From a virus (taxonomy: Duplodnaviria; Heunggongvirae; Uroviricota; Caudoviricetes): DNA of 64,000 nucleotides. The notes under the pieces were generated by a model, which had not been told where the DNA came from, did no database searches, and saw only the letters and a list, made by a program, of their open reading frames with translations. Position numbers and translations under genes: made by a program. The first letter of the stretch is position 1. The number at the start of each line of letters is the position of its first letter. Shown piece after piece: positions 1 through 8,925 of this stretch. The DNA is taken from the IMG/VR virus record IMGVR_UViG_3300035696_002535; one strand, given 5' to 3'.

Positions 1-522
1 CTTGATAGACTTAATAAATATACGCTGATTTTAAGAAAATGTCAAGGTTTGTTTTTGTTGTTCGCTTTCATCCCACGGCTAAAGCCGTGGGCTTTCCCGC
101 TCACAGATCGTAAAAAAGGCCATCATAAGTTTAATCGTATGAGACATAATTTTATCTATTCACAACTTCTTATAGCAATTGAACGCAGGGCTATTAAGGA
201 CGGGGTTGAGATCCGTAAGGTTACTCCTGCCTTCACTTCTATAGTAGGAATTTTAAAATACCAAGAACAGTACTCATTAAATCGTCACACAGCAGCGGCC
301 TTTGTTATTGGCCGTCGCGGATTAGGAATAGTAGAAAAGATAAGGGTTAGGTTAGAACCGTTAAAGAACGAGAAGCTGAACCTTGCAGGAAGAGGCTTCA
401 AGATTGCTTTGACGGCGAAGGCTTACTCCTACTTCAAACACTTATATAGAGTAGTTGAAGTTCAAACGCCAGCGGTCACACCGCCGTGCCTTAGTCCTCC
501 ATTGTTGGGGAATACGGCATAA
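1..522 (+). CDS. TnpB-like (IS200/IS605 OrfB family) C-terminal fragment; reading frame is open from nt 1, so the 5' end lies outside the window
   Basis: The frame has no stop back to position 1. '...IERRAIKDGVEIRKVTPAFTS' and 'NRHTAAAFVIGRRGLG' resemble the TnpB RuvC-III/C-terminal signature (dPxyTSq ... DaDvNAAxNIxrRG). The usual CxxC..CxxC zinc finger between them is missing. Confidence 0.4.
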   Translation, partial: LDRLNKYTLILRKCQGLFLLFAFIPRLKPWAFPLTDRKKGHHKFNRMRHNFIYSQLLIAIERRAIKDGVEIRKVTPAFTSIVGILKYQEQYSLNRHTAAAFVIGRRGLGIVEKIRVRLEPLKNEKLNLAGRGFKIALTAKAYSYFKHLYRVVEVQTPAVTPPCLSPPLLGNTA

Positions 523-563
523 GTTAGTTCACAGAATATTAATGTTCTGGGGCTAATGGTAAT

Positions 564-629
564 CGGACTCTATTTCTGGTCGAGTCCGTATGAGGTTTAA
601 AGACCTCATCTAGGAGTTGAAAGGACTCC
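564..629 (+). ncRNA. three consecutive short stem-loops directly 3' of the TnpB-like ORF; candidate IS right-end / guide-RNA (omega-RNA)-like scaffold
   Basis: Inverted repeats cggactc...gagtccg (564-588), gaggt...acctc (592-607) and ggagt...actcc (613-629) lie in an otherwise non-coding 150 nt gap. Confidence 0.3.
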
Positions 630-672
630 TTTGGGAACTCTTGAGTTTCTAAACCAGATTTAGGAATGATTT

Positions 673-2385
673 TTATTTCATATTTACGGAGTAAAGTTTA
701 TTACTACTAATGAACATTACAGACATACCATCAGTAAGGAGTCTTGTTGACGATGAAAACGGGGGTGAATCAAATTCATATATTTTGTTATTGTCTTTAA
801 ATACTTCAGCTTTATAATCTTCTATAGCTAAGACACACACTCCTTTAGCATTTACTGTAAAGTTAATACTATCTAAATTCGTATCTTCAGTTTTTCTACA
901 GCTATAAATAGTGTGCAGTCCGTCGAACTGTATAACAAATCGACTATACTTGCCCTTCTTCTCAGCCATCAGAACACAGAAACAATTTTCGTATTTGGCA
1001 TCAACAATTCGATAGCCATCGAGCTCCGGGACAGGAATGTTAATGCAAGCTCCAGGCCTGAAGGGTATTGCTATCCAGCACTTGCCCAGTATGTCCTGTA
1101 CAGCTACCCCTTTAAACAGTTTGGTAGTTGACTCGAAGACATTGCAGAGCCTTTTAACCATGTGTATGGGTTTGTTGAAGTTCTCAAAAAAGTTCTCATA
1201 AAGAGTGTCTCCTCGGAGAGCGTAGAGTCTACCGTTGAACTCCATGGCATCATCAGCGTTTATGGTGCCATATTCTGTACCTTTTTCATCTTTGAAGTAT
1301 ATAGTATCTCCATTTTTAAAAATCAGTAAAGGGCTACTATTTGGAACATCTACCAGGCCTATTCTAGGAAGTTTTGGGAGACTGGGATCAAAAAACTTCA
1401 TTGGACCTTTAAAAACAGCCCTAGAGGTCACATAATAAGTATATCCGTTAAAAAAGGATACAGATCTAATTAAGTCTTTAAATTCTGCTAGTTCTTTGAC
1501 TTCAAACTTACCTGTGCTGGAAGCTAACGTAGGACGTATTATAGCTACTGTAATAACGCCGTCTGGCATAGGGGGTATACTTCTATCCCCCTGCTCGAAG
1601 ATCGATTTAAACCAATCTAAATGAGGCTTGGGTATGGTGTCAAATTTAGGGCAATTTGGAGGTAATTTAGCATCTTTATTAAAAACTGATATATTTTTTT
1701 CCATTCTCTCAGGCCATTGATTGGGTTGAAATGAAGGATGACCCCCCCTGTATGGATGAACTCCCATGTAGAGCTGAAAGGCTACCACTCCAAAGCTGAA
1801 CCAATCGGATAGTTCAGTCCATTGGTTGTTTTTAACCTTTCGGTCTCGTATGGACTCCATGATGGCTGTAGCATGGTGGGAGGGAGTCTGATAAGAATCA
1901 ACATCAATGAAATAAGGCAGGGTGTAGGTCGCCTTATCCATTAGAAAGTTCATCTCGTTAAAGTCGACTACTAATATTTTATTTGTGTGAATGCTCAGAA
2001 GGGTCTCTTGCATTTTTCGGACGAGCTTGACCACCATATCGGGGGAGATGTTGTTATCGTTCTTAAAATTCTGGTTGAAGAGCCTGCACAGGAACTCCGT
2101 ATCCTTGATATAGAGCATGCTGAAACCGATAGGAACTTTCTGTCTTTTGAAATCAAAGAGGACATCTAAGGGACCAAGAATATTATTGTATTGAGAAAGA
2201 GCCTGCAGCTCTTGAATCTTATCGACCGGTATCATCTTCTTTTCGTCGTGGTATATCTTGTAGGCCTTTCCGCCTTTTTTTAGGATAGTCCCCTCACCAC
2301 CAGCTGCGACATAACAAGTATCCGTAAAGGTTTCGGTGCCTTTACCCTGGACTACAAGCGTGAAAGGATAGGAGATTGTAGGCAT
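673..2385 (-). CDS. hypothetical 570 aa protein; weak protein-kinase-like features only
   Basis: Long ORF with SD-like context. 'AAGGEGTILKKGGKAYKIYH' and 'HTNKILVVDFNE' loosely recall a kinase glycine loop and catalytic/DFG region. No secure motif. Confidence 0.3.
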   Translation of the reverse strand: MPTISYPFTLVVQGKGTETFTDTCYVAAGGEGTILKKGGKAYKIYHDEKKMIPVDKIQELQALSQYNNILGPLDVLFDFKRQKVPIGFSMLYIKDTEFLCRLFNQNFKNDNNISPDMVVKLVRKMQETLLSIHTNKILVVDFNEMNFLMDKATYTLPYFIDVDSYQTPSHHATAIMESIRDRKVKNNQWTELSDWFSFGVVAFQLYMGVHPYRGGHPSFQPNQWPERMEKNISVFNKDAKLPPNCPKFDTIPKPHLDWFKSIFEQGDRSIPPMPDGVITVAIIRPTLASSTGKFEVKELAEFKDLIRSVSFFNGYTYYVTSRAVFKGPMKFFDPSLPKLPRIGLVDVPNSSPLLIFKNGDTIYFKDEKGTEYGTINADDAMEFNGRLYALRGDTLYENFFENFNKPIHMVKRLCNVFESTTKLFKGVAVQDILGKCWIAIPFRPGACINIPVPELDGYRIVDAKYENCFCVLMAEKKGKYSRFVIQFDGLHTIYSCRKTEDTNLDSINFTVNAKGVCVLAIEDYKAEVFKDNNKIYEFDSPPFSSSTRLLTDGMSVMFISSNKLYSVNMK

Positions 2386-2388
2386 TAT

Positions 2389-2580
2389 TTACCTCAATGC
2401 CTCAGCAAGATGTTCTGTCTCAACAAGAGCAATTTGTTTCGTATCTTTTATTAATAACGGAGTCCAGCAAACTCCGGGATCTCCTATGGTCACTTCAGTG
2501 TTATCTGGTATCTCAATTCTTTCGTAATTATGACATTCCTTATTTACCGCATCCCGAAGTTCCCGCGCTTCCATGTTCAC
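2389..2580 (-). CDS. small hypothetical protein (N-terminus MEARE.. shared with next gene)
   Basis: 63 aa ORF. Its start region duplicates the start region of the YopX gene. Confidence 0.3.
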   Translation of the reverse strand: MNMEARELRDAVNKECHNYERIEIPDNTEVTIGDPGVCWTPLLIKDTKQIALVETEHLAEALR

Positions 2581-2987
2581 CCCTTTAGTAGATTTGGATT
2601 TTCGTGGATGTTGCCGAGGATTGTAGGTTGTTCCACTCTTGAAAGCAAATTTAAGAACTTCCCATCCTTATCCGCAATGATGAAATACGCTCCAGTATTG
2701 CTCCATTCTACAGCCCCTTCGTAATCACATGGCTCGCCTCGTTCCAATTTGATGGGGTCATACGAAGAAACAATATCCCCCTCGTAAATGGGATTCCCTT
2801 TCCTGTCGAGAAGGCCGGTGAATTGCTCCAAAATATATTCACCGTTTTCCCATGTTCGATCATAGCGATGCAGGGATGGCATTACCCCCTTGTTGAAATA
2901 GGGATGATAATTGTCCATTATAAAACCCTGAATCCAAGCCTGATGCTTGATTTCCCACGCCCGAAACTTGATTTCCCGCGCTTCCAT
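2577..2987 (-). CDS. YopX-family phage protein
   Basis: N-terminal 'MEAREIKFRAWEIK', central 'EQFTGLLDRKGNPIYEGDIV' and C-terminal 'ILGNIHENPNLL' match the YopX family pattern (FRAW.. / QyTGLkDknGkeIyEGDiv / GNihenpeLL). Confidence 0.75.
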   Translation of the reverse strand: MEAREIKFRAWEIKHQAWIQGFIMDNYHPYFNKGVMPSLHRYDRTWENGEYILEQFTGLLDRKGNPIYEGDIVSSYDPIKLERGEPCDYEGAVEWSNTGAYFIIADKDGKFLNLLSRVEQPTILGNIHENPNLLKG

Positions 2988-3088
2988 GTGAGCCTCCTAT
3001 GTCAATTCTAGATGCCCCGCAATGTAGAGTCGCGTTATCCTGCCGCGAAGCGGCGTGATGAGGCGATGGATACAAGAACCCCGCGACT

Positions 3089-3334
3089 TTAGTCGCGGGA
3101 GTACGTCAGATCTTCCAGTATAGGAAACCATACTTTGACATTCTCAACATTTTTAAACCATTTTCTGACAGGTTTGTTATCAACATAAATGTAGCCGTCA
3201 TTCTCGTACTTTCCTCCAGAAATAAACTTATTGTTGAATAAAAGAGATAAAGCGGTTGTATCGCTAGGGATTTCAGCTTGCATACCAGCTATGGTAAGTA
3301 TTGATCCTTCTCTGCTGAATACTGTTTCTTCCAT
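3089..3334 (-). CDS. hypothetical protein
   Basis: 81 aa ORF in operon orientation; no recognisable motif. Confidence 0.35.
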   Translation of the reverse strand: MEETVFSREGSILTIAGMQAEIPSDTTALSLLFNNKFISGGKYENDGYIYVDNKPVRKWFKNVENVKVWFPILEDLTYSRD

Positions 3335-3478
3335 AAGTTACCACCAGATTCCTTTAATAAAGGTAATTAATACAGCTCCCCCGACTATTATCAGGACGCA
3401 AAGAACGAGGGCTGAGGGGAGATTTATGCTACCCCGACAAACATGCGCTACAAGTGAATCAAGATTCATCGGAATTCC

Positions 3479-4366
3479 TTAATCTAATATGATGGCTGCG
3501 CAGGACACGTCATCATAATGGATGATGTGCTTCGCACGATTTTCTTTTTCCAGGCTCTTCATACGTCTTACGACGAACTCCCCGACCGGACTTTTATAAG
3601 TTGCTATGTTCGGGTAAATGTCTGATAGAGGAAAGACCTTGTCGTTCGTAAGGAATTCCTCGCTTCTAGGATCAAACTGGAAACTTTGCAAGCCGTCAGA
3701 AGAAACAACTATTTGGGATACGCTTGGTTTTCCGATGATCGTCCAGAGTTCACGTGAAAATCCAGTTTGATGCCCCCAATGATGAAAATCGTTTCTCCAG
3801 TCTGTATCCCCTATTCTGGGATCATTCATTGGAAAATTAAACACATTCTCTGTAATATGCATTCCACTGTCTTTTTGCTGGGCAGAATAAGCCAGATCTT
3901 TTTCGTGCGACATTTGATAAGATAGATAATAAGGCATGTTGTTGTCATAGGAAATACTGATGGTTCGTACAACACCATCCGTGTATTTGATAATAAAGTT
4001 TCCATCTCCCCAGCCGAATATGAAAGGGGCAATCCCCCTGTAAACAACAGATGCGAGGAGGGTCGCATCAAAAGCATCCACGGAGAGATTAAGAGAACCT
4101 TTAACTTCTAGGCATTTTTTGATGATCAGTTCTTTCAACGTCGGAACATATTCCTGATAACCTATAGCTTGATTTCTTTGTTGAAGATATAGTATAGCAT
4201 CCCTGGCGATTACTGACACTAACCGAGCACCTATATCGGTGTTCGGGGAAGAAGTGCAGCCGTCTGAAATGATAGCATAGGCAAACTCATCATCTGCGTA
4301 AGCAAGAGCATAGTCCTGACAGACTTGGTGAGTTGAACCTATTTCAAAATAAGAATCTGCTTTCAT
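3479..4366 (-). CDS. PP2C-family Ser/Thr protein phosphatase-like
   Basis: 'AIISDGCTSS...GARLVSVIA', 'VVSSDGLQSF' and C-terminal 'DDVSCAAIILD' resemble PP2C motifs (xADGMGG, lcSDGLw, DNiTvvvv). Confidence 0.55.
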   Translation of the reverse strand: MKADSYFEIGSTHQVCQDYALAYADDEFAYAIISDGCTSSPNTDIGARLVSVIARDAILYLQQRNQAIGYQEYVPTLKELIIKKCLEVKGSLNLSVDAFDATLLASVVYRGIAPFIFGWGDGNFIIKYTDGVVRTISISYDNNMPYYLSYQMSHEKDLAYSAQQKDSGMHITENVFNFPMNDPRIGDTDWRNDFHHWGHQTGFSRELWTIIGKPSVSQIVVSSDGLQSFQFDPRSEEFLTNDKVFPLSDIYPNIATYKSPVGEFVVRRMKSLEKENRAKHIIHYDDVSCAAIILD

Positions 4367-4905
4367 CGAAGTTCTTTCCAGAAAATATTGCTTTTTTTAA
4401 CGAACAAGATAGCGTCCAGTTCTGCCGTAGAAAGATGGTATTTTTTTGCTCTGCGTTGAAAAAGTCTTTCTATGTCCAGATACTGATCAATTGTTGTCGG
4501 CGCTTTTCTTATCTCCATCCACCGAAGGATGTGTACATCTAAAATCGCCAAGTCTTGAAACCCATAAGCATTTCTTAAAAACTGACTGGCTGTTTTGAAA
4601 CTCATTCCGCCAAGACGATTAACAAGCATCAATCTTAAAGCCGTGCTATCCAGACCTCTTTTTATGCACAAATTTATAACTCTGAAAATCTCTTCTTTCT
4701 GGTCCCAGGCTTCCAGGAGATACTGGGCTTTTCTGTTTTTAAATCTCACAAGTTTACAGAGCTCTGTGAGATCTTCCAAAGATGCTCGTTTATGGTAAAA
4801 ATCCATAAAACGAAGATTATTATTCACTATATGGTTGTTTCCTATTTTAGCTTGAGGAGCACAAAGTACAAAGCATAGTTCATAGAAACGATTTTCGTCG
4901 GACAT
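4363..4905 (-). CDS. HhH-GPD DNA glycosylase, Ogg2/AGOG-like
   Basis: 'LGGMSFKTASQFLRNAYGFQDLAILDVHILRWM' fits a helix-hairpin-helix with catalytic Lys followed by an ILDvHi Asp, as in archaeal-type 8-oxoG glycosylases. Confidence 0.5.
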   Translation of the reverse strand: MSDENRFYELCFVLCAPQAKIGNNHIVNNNLRFMDFYHKRASLEDLTELCKLVRFKNRKAQYLLEAWDQKEEIFRVINLCIKRGLDSTALRLMLVNRLGGMSFKTASQFLRNAYGFQDLAILDVHILRWMEIRKAPTTIDQYLDIERLFQRRAKKYHLSTAELDAILFVKKSNIFWKELR

Positions 4906-4979
4906 GCTCCCGTTGAACCTTTTGCAGGCTTCGTGCGCCTTTTTTATGTCTGTTGCTGTAAAATGAAGAGGCTTCGTAT

Positions 4980-5501
4980 TTAATCCCCTCCTCCACCATC
5001 ACCTCCGCCCCCATCCCCTCCCCCACCACCATCGCTGCTTCCACCATTGGTGCTTGTACCTTCGCTGCCGGTGCCCTCGGTGCTGACGCCCTCATTACTC
5101 TCATTGGATCCAGTTTCAGTTTCTGTTTCTGTTTCAGGAGATCCTTCTTGTTCTATTTCATGAGAGACTTCCTCGGGCAACTGCTCTTCTTTGACTTCTG
5201 CTTCCGGAAGTTCTTTTGCTTCTGGTTCTTTTATTTCTTCTTTGATCTCTTCAGGAACTCCTTGTTTTGATTCTGCCCATTTTACAGAAGAAAAATTCGT
5301 GATGGGCGTAGGAGATCTGTAATAAAAGCAGCTATTGTTGTTCATGTACATAATGTAATCATACTCATCGAGAGGGCTGGTTACACTATTAGTCGCCTGT
5401 GCCGCCGCCTTGAGGATTTTGTAGCAATGAATTTTGTGCTCTTTGTTTAAAGAACAACAAATAAACAGGGCCAATGTAATTACAAACAATTTTTTTAGCA
5501 T
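4980..5501 (-). CDS. secreted/lipoprotein-like acidic low-complexity protein (ETETETGS..., C-terminal GGGGD repeats)
   Basis: N-terminal hydrophobic signal 'MLKKLFVITLALFICCS'; Glu-rich middle; Gly/Asp repeat tail. Confidence 0.5.
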   Translation of the reverse strand: MLKKLFVITLALFICCSLNKEHKIHCYKILKAAAQATNSVTSPLDEYDYIMYMNNNSCFYYRSPTPITNFSSVKWAESKQGVPEEIKEEIKEPEAKELPEAEVKEEQLPEEVSHEIEQEGSPETETETETGSNESNEGVSTEGTGSEGTSTNGGSSDGGGGGDGGGGDGGGGD

Positions 5502-5511
5502 TGGTATACTC

Positions 5512-6165
5512 CTATTTCTTTTCCTCTTTGTTGCTTAGGTTTTCTTTCTTTTCTACTTTGAGCTCCACGGTAGGTTCTCCGGTACTCCTCTGACCAAGAG
5601 GATTTTCATCCATGTTAAAAAAATCAAGGAAACGCTTCATGCCAAAAATAGACTCTCCACCGATAAAAACCCAGCCTTCGAGGGCTTTTATATAATACAA
5701 AAAGACTCGATCACGAATATACAGTGTCCCAGTTTGATTGTCCAAACTGAATTGATCTCCAGTAAAAACTGAAGAGACAGCCGCCTGAAGATCGGCCAGA
5801 GCAGTGCCTACTACCCTTGATTTGTATTTTATTACCATGACAACGACGCACCCTTTTATCTCACTCATATTGTCAATGGTATATGAAACAGGAATACGAT
5901 AAGAGTGATTATAAGTCTCAGGGGTAAAAGTAGCTGCTTCGGCTATGTCTCTACTCAATATGACATCCCCTGACTCACAGAAATCTTTGAACGCTAAGGG
6001 AGCAGTCGGATATCCTGTAACAGTTCCATTTAACAAGGGATTGTTAGTCAAAGCCGTATCAAAAGCTGATTTAAACTTTGACCATAGACTAGGAGCAGGA
6101 GCACTCGGTTCTGAAAAAGAGCCACAGACGCACACCAACATAACCACAAGTAGCTTTTTGAACAT
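5512..6165 (-). CDS. putative lipoprotein, unknown function
   Basis: Signal peptide with a lipobox-like 'LVCVCGS'. Confidence 0.5.
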   Translation of the reverse strand: MFKKLLVVMLVCVCGSFSEPSAPAPSLWSKFKSAFDTALTNNPLLNGTVTGYPTAPLAFKDFCESGDVILSRDIAEAATFTPETYNHSYRIPVSYTIDNMSEIKGCVVVMVIKYKSRVVGTALADLQAAVSSVFTGDQFSLDNQTGTLYIRDRVFLYYIKALEGWVFIGGESIFGMKRFLDFFNMDENPLGQRSTGEPTVELKVEKKENLSNKEEKK

Positions 6166-6292
6166 TGGAACCCCAGTTAGTTAAAGTTATAAGTAAAGGT
6201 TGCGTAGGAATTCACAACAATGAACTTCAAAGGGCGCTAACCCTATGTGCTATTACATCTCTTTCTCATGCGATAACAACCCTACGCAACCT

Positions 6293-6688
6293 CTATGCTA
6301 TTGTTTTAAATGACTTCGTTATTTTCGCTATTGTGCCCTGTGAGAGTTCAAACTTTCTAGCCAATTCCCTTGTTGAGAGTCCAGCTTGAAACAGTTTTTT
6401 GATACTGTAATTACGGGATTCTCTGAACCAACGGAGTGATTTGATACCGTACTTCTTTCGCCAGCGAAGAACGGTTTGGCCGGAAACACCGTACTGCAGA
6501 CCGATCATGTCGTCTGTCTTCCATATCTTCTGGAGCCGAAGAAGTTGTTTTTGAGTTGGAATTTTCATAGGTTTTAAACCTCCTGTGCTTGTGTATCTGT
6601 TTGGTTGCTCATACATATTAAAAGTGGGACGAGGATGTTTAAGCCTCAGATAATTTAATATTGGGCTCATGGCATTCGTCCCACTCAT
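6293..6688 (-). CDS. helix-turn-helix DNA-binding protein (start trimmed to the internal Met to avoid overlapping the vWA gene)
   Basis: Two HTH-like segments: 'IGLQYGVSGQTVLRWRKKYGI' and 'LSTRELARKFELSQGTIAKI'. Confidence 0.4.
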   Translation of the reverse strand: MSGTNAMSPILNYLRLKHPRPTFNMYEQPNRYTSTGGLKPMKIPTQKQLLRLQKIWKTDDMIGLQYGVSGQTVLRWRKKYGIKSLRWFRESRNYSIKKLFQAGLSTRELARKFELSQGTIAKITKSFKTIA

Positions 6689-6701
6689 TTTATATCTCCT
6701 G

Positions 6702-7445
6702 TTAAAATGTGATCGGCTTCGAAGTTCCTCCGGTTCCCAACGCTTGGCTGGTTGACGAGACAGAAGCACTCGCAAACTGGGCGAACTTTGCCAAATTGTC
6801 CTTGGTGGCCTCGCCCATCTTTACAAACTGGTTAAGACCTGCTGCCTTGTGAAAATCTTCGCAGTACTTGATCACATCCTGTTCGTCCGAAGCCGCCACC
6901 AGGATGACGTTGATCGAATCAAGCTTCTCATCCTTTTTGATCTTGGTGATGGTCTTCCTGATCATGTCCGGATTCGCAACACGATTAATGTTGTTGGCTC
7001 CGTCCGTGATGATGAACAACACAGCATTGCAGGTGTAATCCATGCCGATGAGCTGTTCGCCGTAGGATTGGGTTGCTTCAAGGGACTCCTGGGTTGCTTC
7101 GTAAAGAGCCGTCAGTCCAGCAGGCTGGATGGATCCGTTGTAGTCGGTTTCATTGATGTTACGGAGCTCTTTGTAACCATGTATCTCTGTAATATCATCG
7201 TTGAAGCCAACTACCCGCATAGTAAGCTCCCCACTATTGGGATGCTTCTTACAGGCTCTCACGACTTCGACGCACATCTTCTCCATGTCGTCCTTGTAAT
7301 CCGTGATTGAAGGTGACATGTCGATAACAAGGGTGACAAGTGTGTACTTCGAGGCACCGAGGGTGGCTACGGTCTGGCCGCTGTACGTGTACTGGTGTAC
7401 AGTCTTGTGGGTTTCCATGGGCGTTAACCCCATCATTTTTGGCAT
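6702..7445 (-). CDS. von Willebrand factor A (vWA) domain protein
   Basis: MIDAS-like 'LVIDMSPSI' (DxSxS) plus 'LFIITDGANN', typical of vWA domains. Confidence 0.6.
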   Translation of the reverse strand: MPKMMGLTPMETHKTVHQYTYSGQTVATLGASKYTLVTLVIDMSPSITDYKDDMEKMCVEVVRACKKHPNSGELTMRVVGFNDDITEIHGYKELRNINETDYNGSIQPAGLTALYEATQESLEATQSYGEQLIGMDYTCNAVLFIITDGANNINRVANPDMIRKTITKIKKDEKLDSINVILVAASDEQDVIKYCEDFHKAAGLNQFVKMGEATKDNLAKFAQFASASVSSTSQALGTGGTSKPITF

Positions 7446-7487
7446 AATGTGCTCCTTAAGTAAAGGTTAATAGTTTAGTTTCAAAGC

Positions 7488-7736
7488 TTAGCTTTTAAGC
7501 TGTGCATCAACTGATACCTTTGAAGTTTTTTCAAAAACTTCTTCTAAGATACGTGATAGTCTGTTGCACTCGTTTTCCTTGTTACGAAGAACTTCGTCTT
7601 GTGAAAAAAGTCTCGCTTGCAAAGTTTCTACTTTTACTCTGTTTTCTTGAATTGCACATTTATAGCTTGTGAATGAAATAATACCAGCCAGAATCAGAAC
7701 TGCGACGCAAACGATGATTGCGATAATGACATCCAT
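7488..7736 (-). CDS. small membrane protein with coiled-coil tail
   Basis: N-terminal TM helix 'IIAIIVCVAVLILAGIISF'. Confidence 0.4.
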   Translation of the reverse strand: MDVIIAIIVCVAVLILAGIISFTSYKCAIQENRVKVETLQARLFSQDEVLRNKENECNRLSRILEEVFEKTSKVSVDAQLKS

Positions 7737-7758
7737 AGTGTACTCCTTAAGTAAAGAT

Positions 7759-8007
7759 TTATTCTGGAAATTTTGCTTCTTTCAAGTACTTTGCGGCAAT
7801 AAAATTTTTTGACAGTATATCTAGTAATTCCGGACTAATTTGTTGTTTCAGTTCTGATCGTGGTATGAAGCAACCTCCAGCTCGAACAATAGCACATTGT
7901 ATACTCTCAACAAAATCGTCACACCCATCACCAGAGTTGTCCATCTTTTCATAGAGTTGAACGAACTCATTTTTCTTAATCTCTTTTGGCAATTCTTTTG
8001 GAGCCAC
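7759..8007 (-). CDS. hypothetical protein
   Basis: ORF with an SD-like upstream context; no motif. Confidence 0.4.
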   Translation of the reverse strand: MAPKELPKEIKKNEFVQLYEKMDNSGDGCDDFVESIQCAIVRAGGCFIPRSELKQQISPELLDILSKNFIAAKYLKEAKFPE

Positions 8008-8023
8008 GATTTTGTTTCTTTCA

Positions 8024-8066
8024 GAAAAATTAGCCCCTAGTTGCCCAGGGGCTAACTAATTTTTAT
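8024..8066 (-). terminator. rho-independent terminator-like hairpin (bidirectional: A-run, 8-bp GC stem, T-run)
   Basis: aaaaat-TAGCCCCtagttgcccaGGGGCTA-actaattttta sits immediately 3' of the nicotinamidase gene. Confidence 0.55.
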
Positions 8067-8893
8067 GACACCTGCAAGAACTTGTCCGTCGTGGTGATCT
8101 TCATCCCCTTGGCTGTCATCTTGTTGATGAAGTCTTCCGCAGCCGCTTTTGCGATAGGGACCGGCGAACTTGCATCCTCAAGGTAGACGAACTTCTTGAC
8201 ATAGTCGTCCCCGAAGTGAGTCGCAATGTCCATCACAGTCGCCCGTACGCAATGGCTGGAAGCCTCCCCAGCGATGTAGATATACTTGGCATCTTTGAGA
8301 TACTGTACCAGTTTCATGTTGGGGCCAGTACCTTCGGCGTCATCGGGATCGAAGACTTCAGCCTTGAATGCGCTGTAATGCTCGGTGAACATATTCGAGC
8401 CCTTGGTCACGAAATCAACTACGGCGAACTGGGCTTCCCATTCCTGGAAAGCTTCGAACAAAACCGGTTCGACTTTGAACCCATTCGATCCGATAAGGCA
8501 GTGCATCGGCCAGATCATGAGAGTATAGTTACCCTGCTTCTTGAGAGTCTGCACGTATTTTTCCGAAATGGCTTGGAATCCCGGATTTGTGGCTCTCCAC
8601 TTGGCATTGGAACCTACGACATCCTCTTCCGGAATAGCAGTATAAGGATCTGGATGTTTTCCGTCCGAATTAATCCACCAGATGGGATGGGCGATGTGGA
8701 GGTATCTGTGCGCATCTTTTGTGCACACGATGCGGTCGATGATGTCTTTGTTCTTCGAGATAGCTTTTGCAAGACGTATCATGTCCTGATCAGCACCTGG
8801 AACAAAGAGACTTCCTGCGGAGTTGCAGAAATCAAACTGAGGGTCGATAGTCAGAAGGATAATCTGATCCTTCGTCTTCGCTGTGTCCGACAT
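8063..8893 (-). CDS. pncA: nicotinamidase / isochorismatase-family cysteine hydrolase (PncA-like)
   Basis: 'LTIDPQFDFCN' (catalytic Asp), 'DAHRYLHIAHP' (D/H metal site) and 'IAGEASSHCVRATV' (catalytic Cys in xxCV context). Confidence 0.6.
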   Translation of the reverse strand: MSDTAKTKDQIILLTIDPQFDFCNSAGSLFVPGADQDMIRLAKAISKNKDIIDRIVCTKDAHRYLHIAHPIWWINSDGKHPDPYTAIPEEDVVGSNAKWRATNPGFQAISEKYVQTLKKQGNYTLMIWPMHCLIGSNGFKVEPVLFEAFQEWEAQFAVVDFVTKGSNMFTEHYSAFKAEVFDPDDAEGTGPNMKLVQYLKDAKYIYIAGEASSHCVRATVMDIATHFGDDYVKKFVYLEDASSPVPIAKAAAEDFINKMTAKGMKITTTDKFLQVS

Positions 8894-8925
8894 AAGTACT
8901 CCTTATGGTTAAAGGTTGAATAAGG

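Noticed and set aside
913-2169. Several 60-72 aa plus-strand ORFs (913..1131, 1235..1435, 1987..2169)
   Set aside because: All are embedded antisense in the 570 aa minus-strand ORF. They have no RBS context.
2860-3075. GC-rich 71 aa minus ORF
   Set aside because: Coincides with the GC-rich double-hairpin intergenic region. Its Gly/Ser/Ala-rich translation is typical of a spurious ORF in GC-rich DNA.
8216-8923. 235 aa plus-strand ORF
   Set aside because: Entirely antisense to the well-supported nicotinamidase gene 8063..8893. It has no motifs. It is a shadow ORF.
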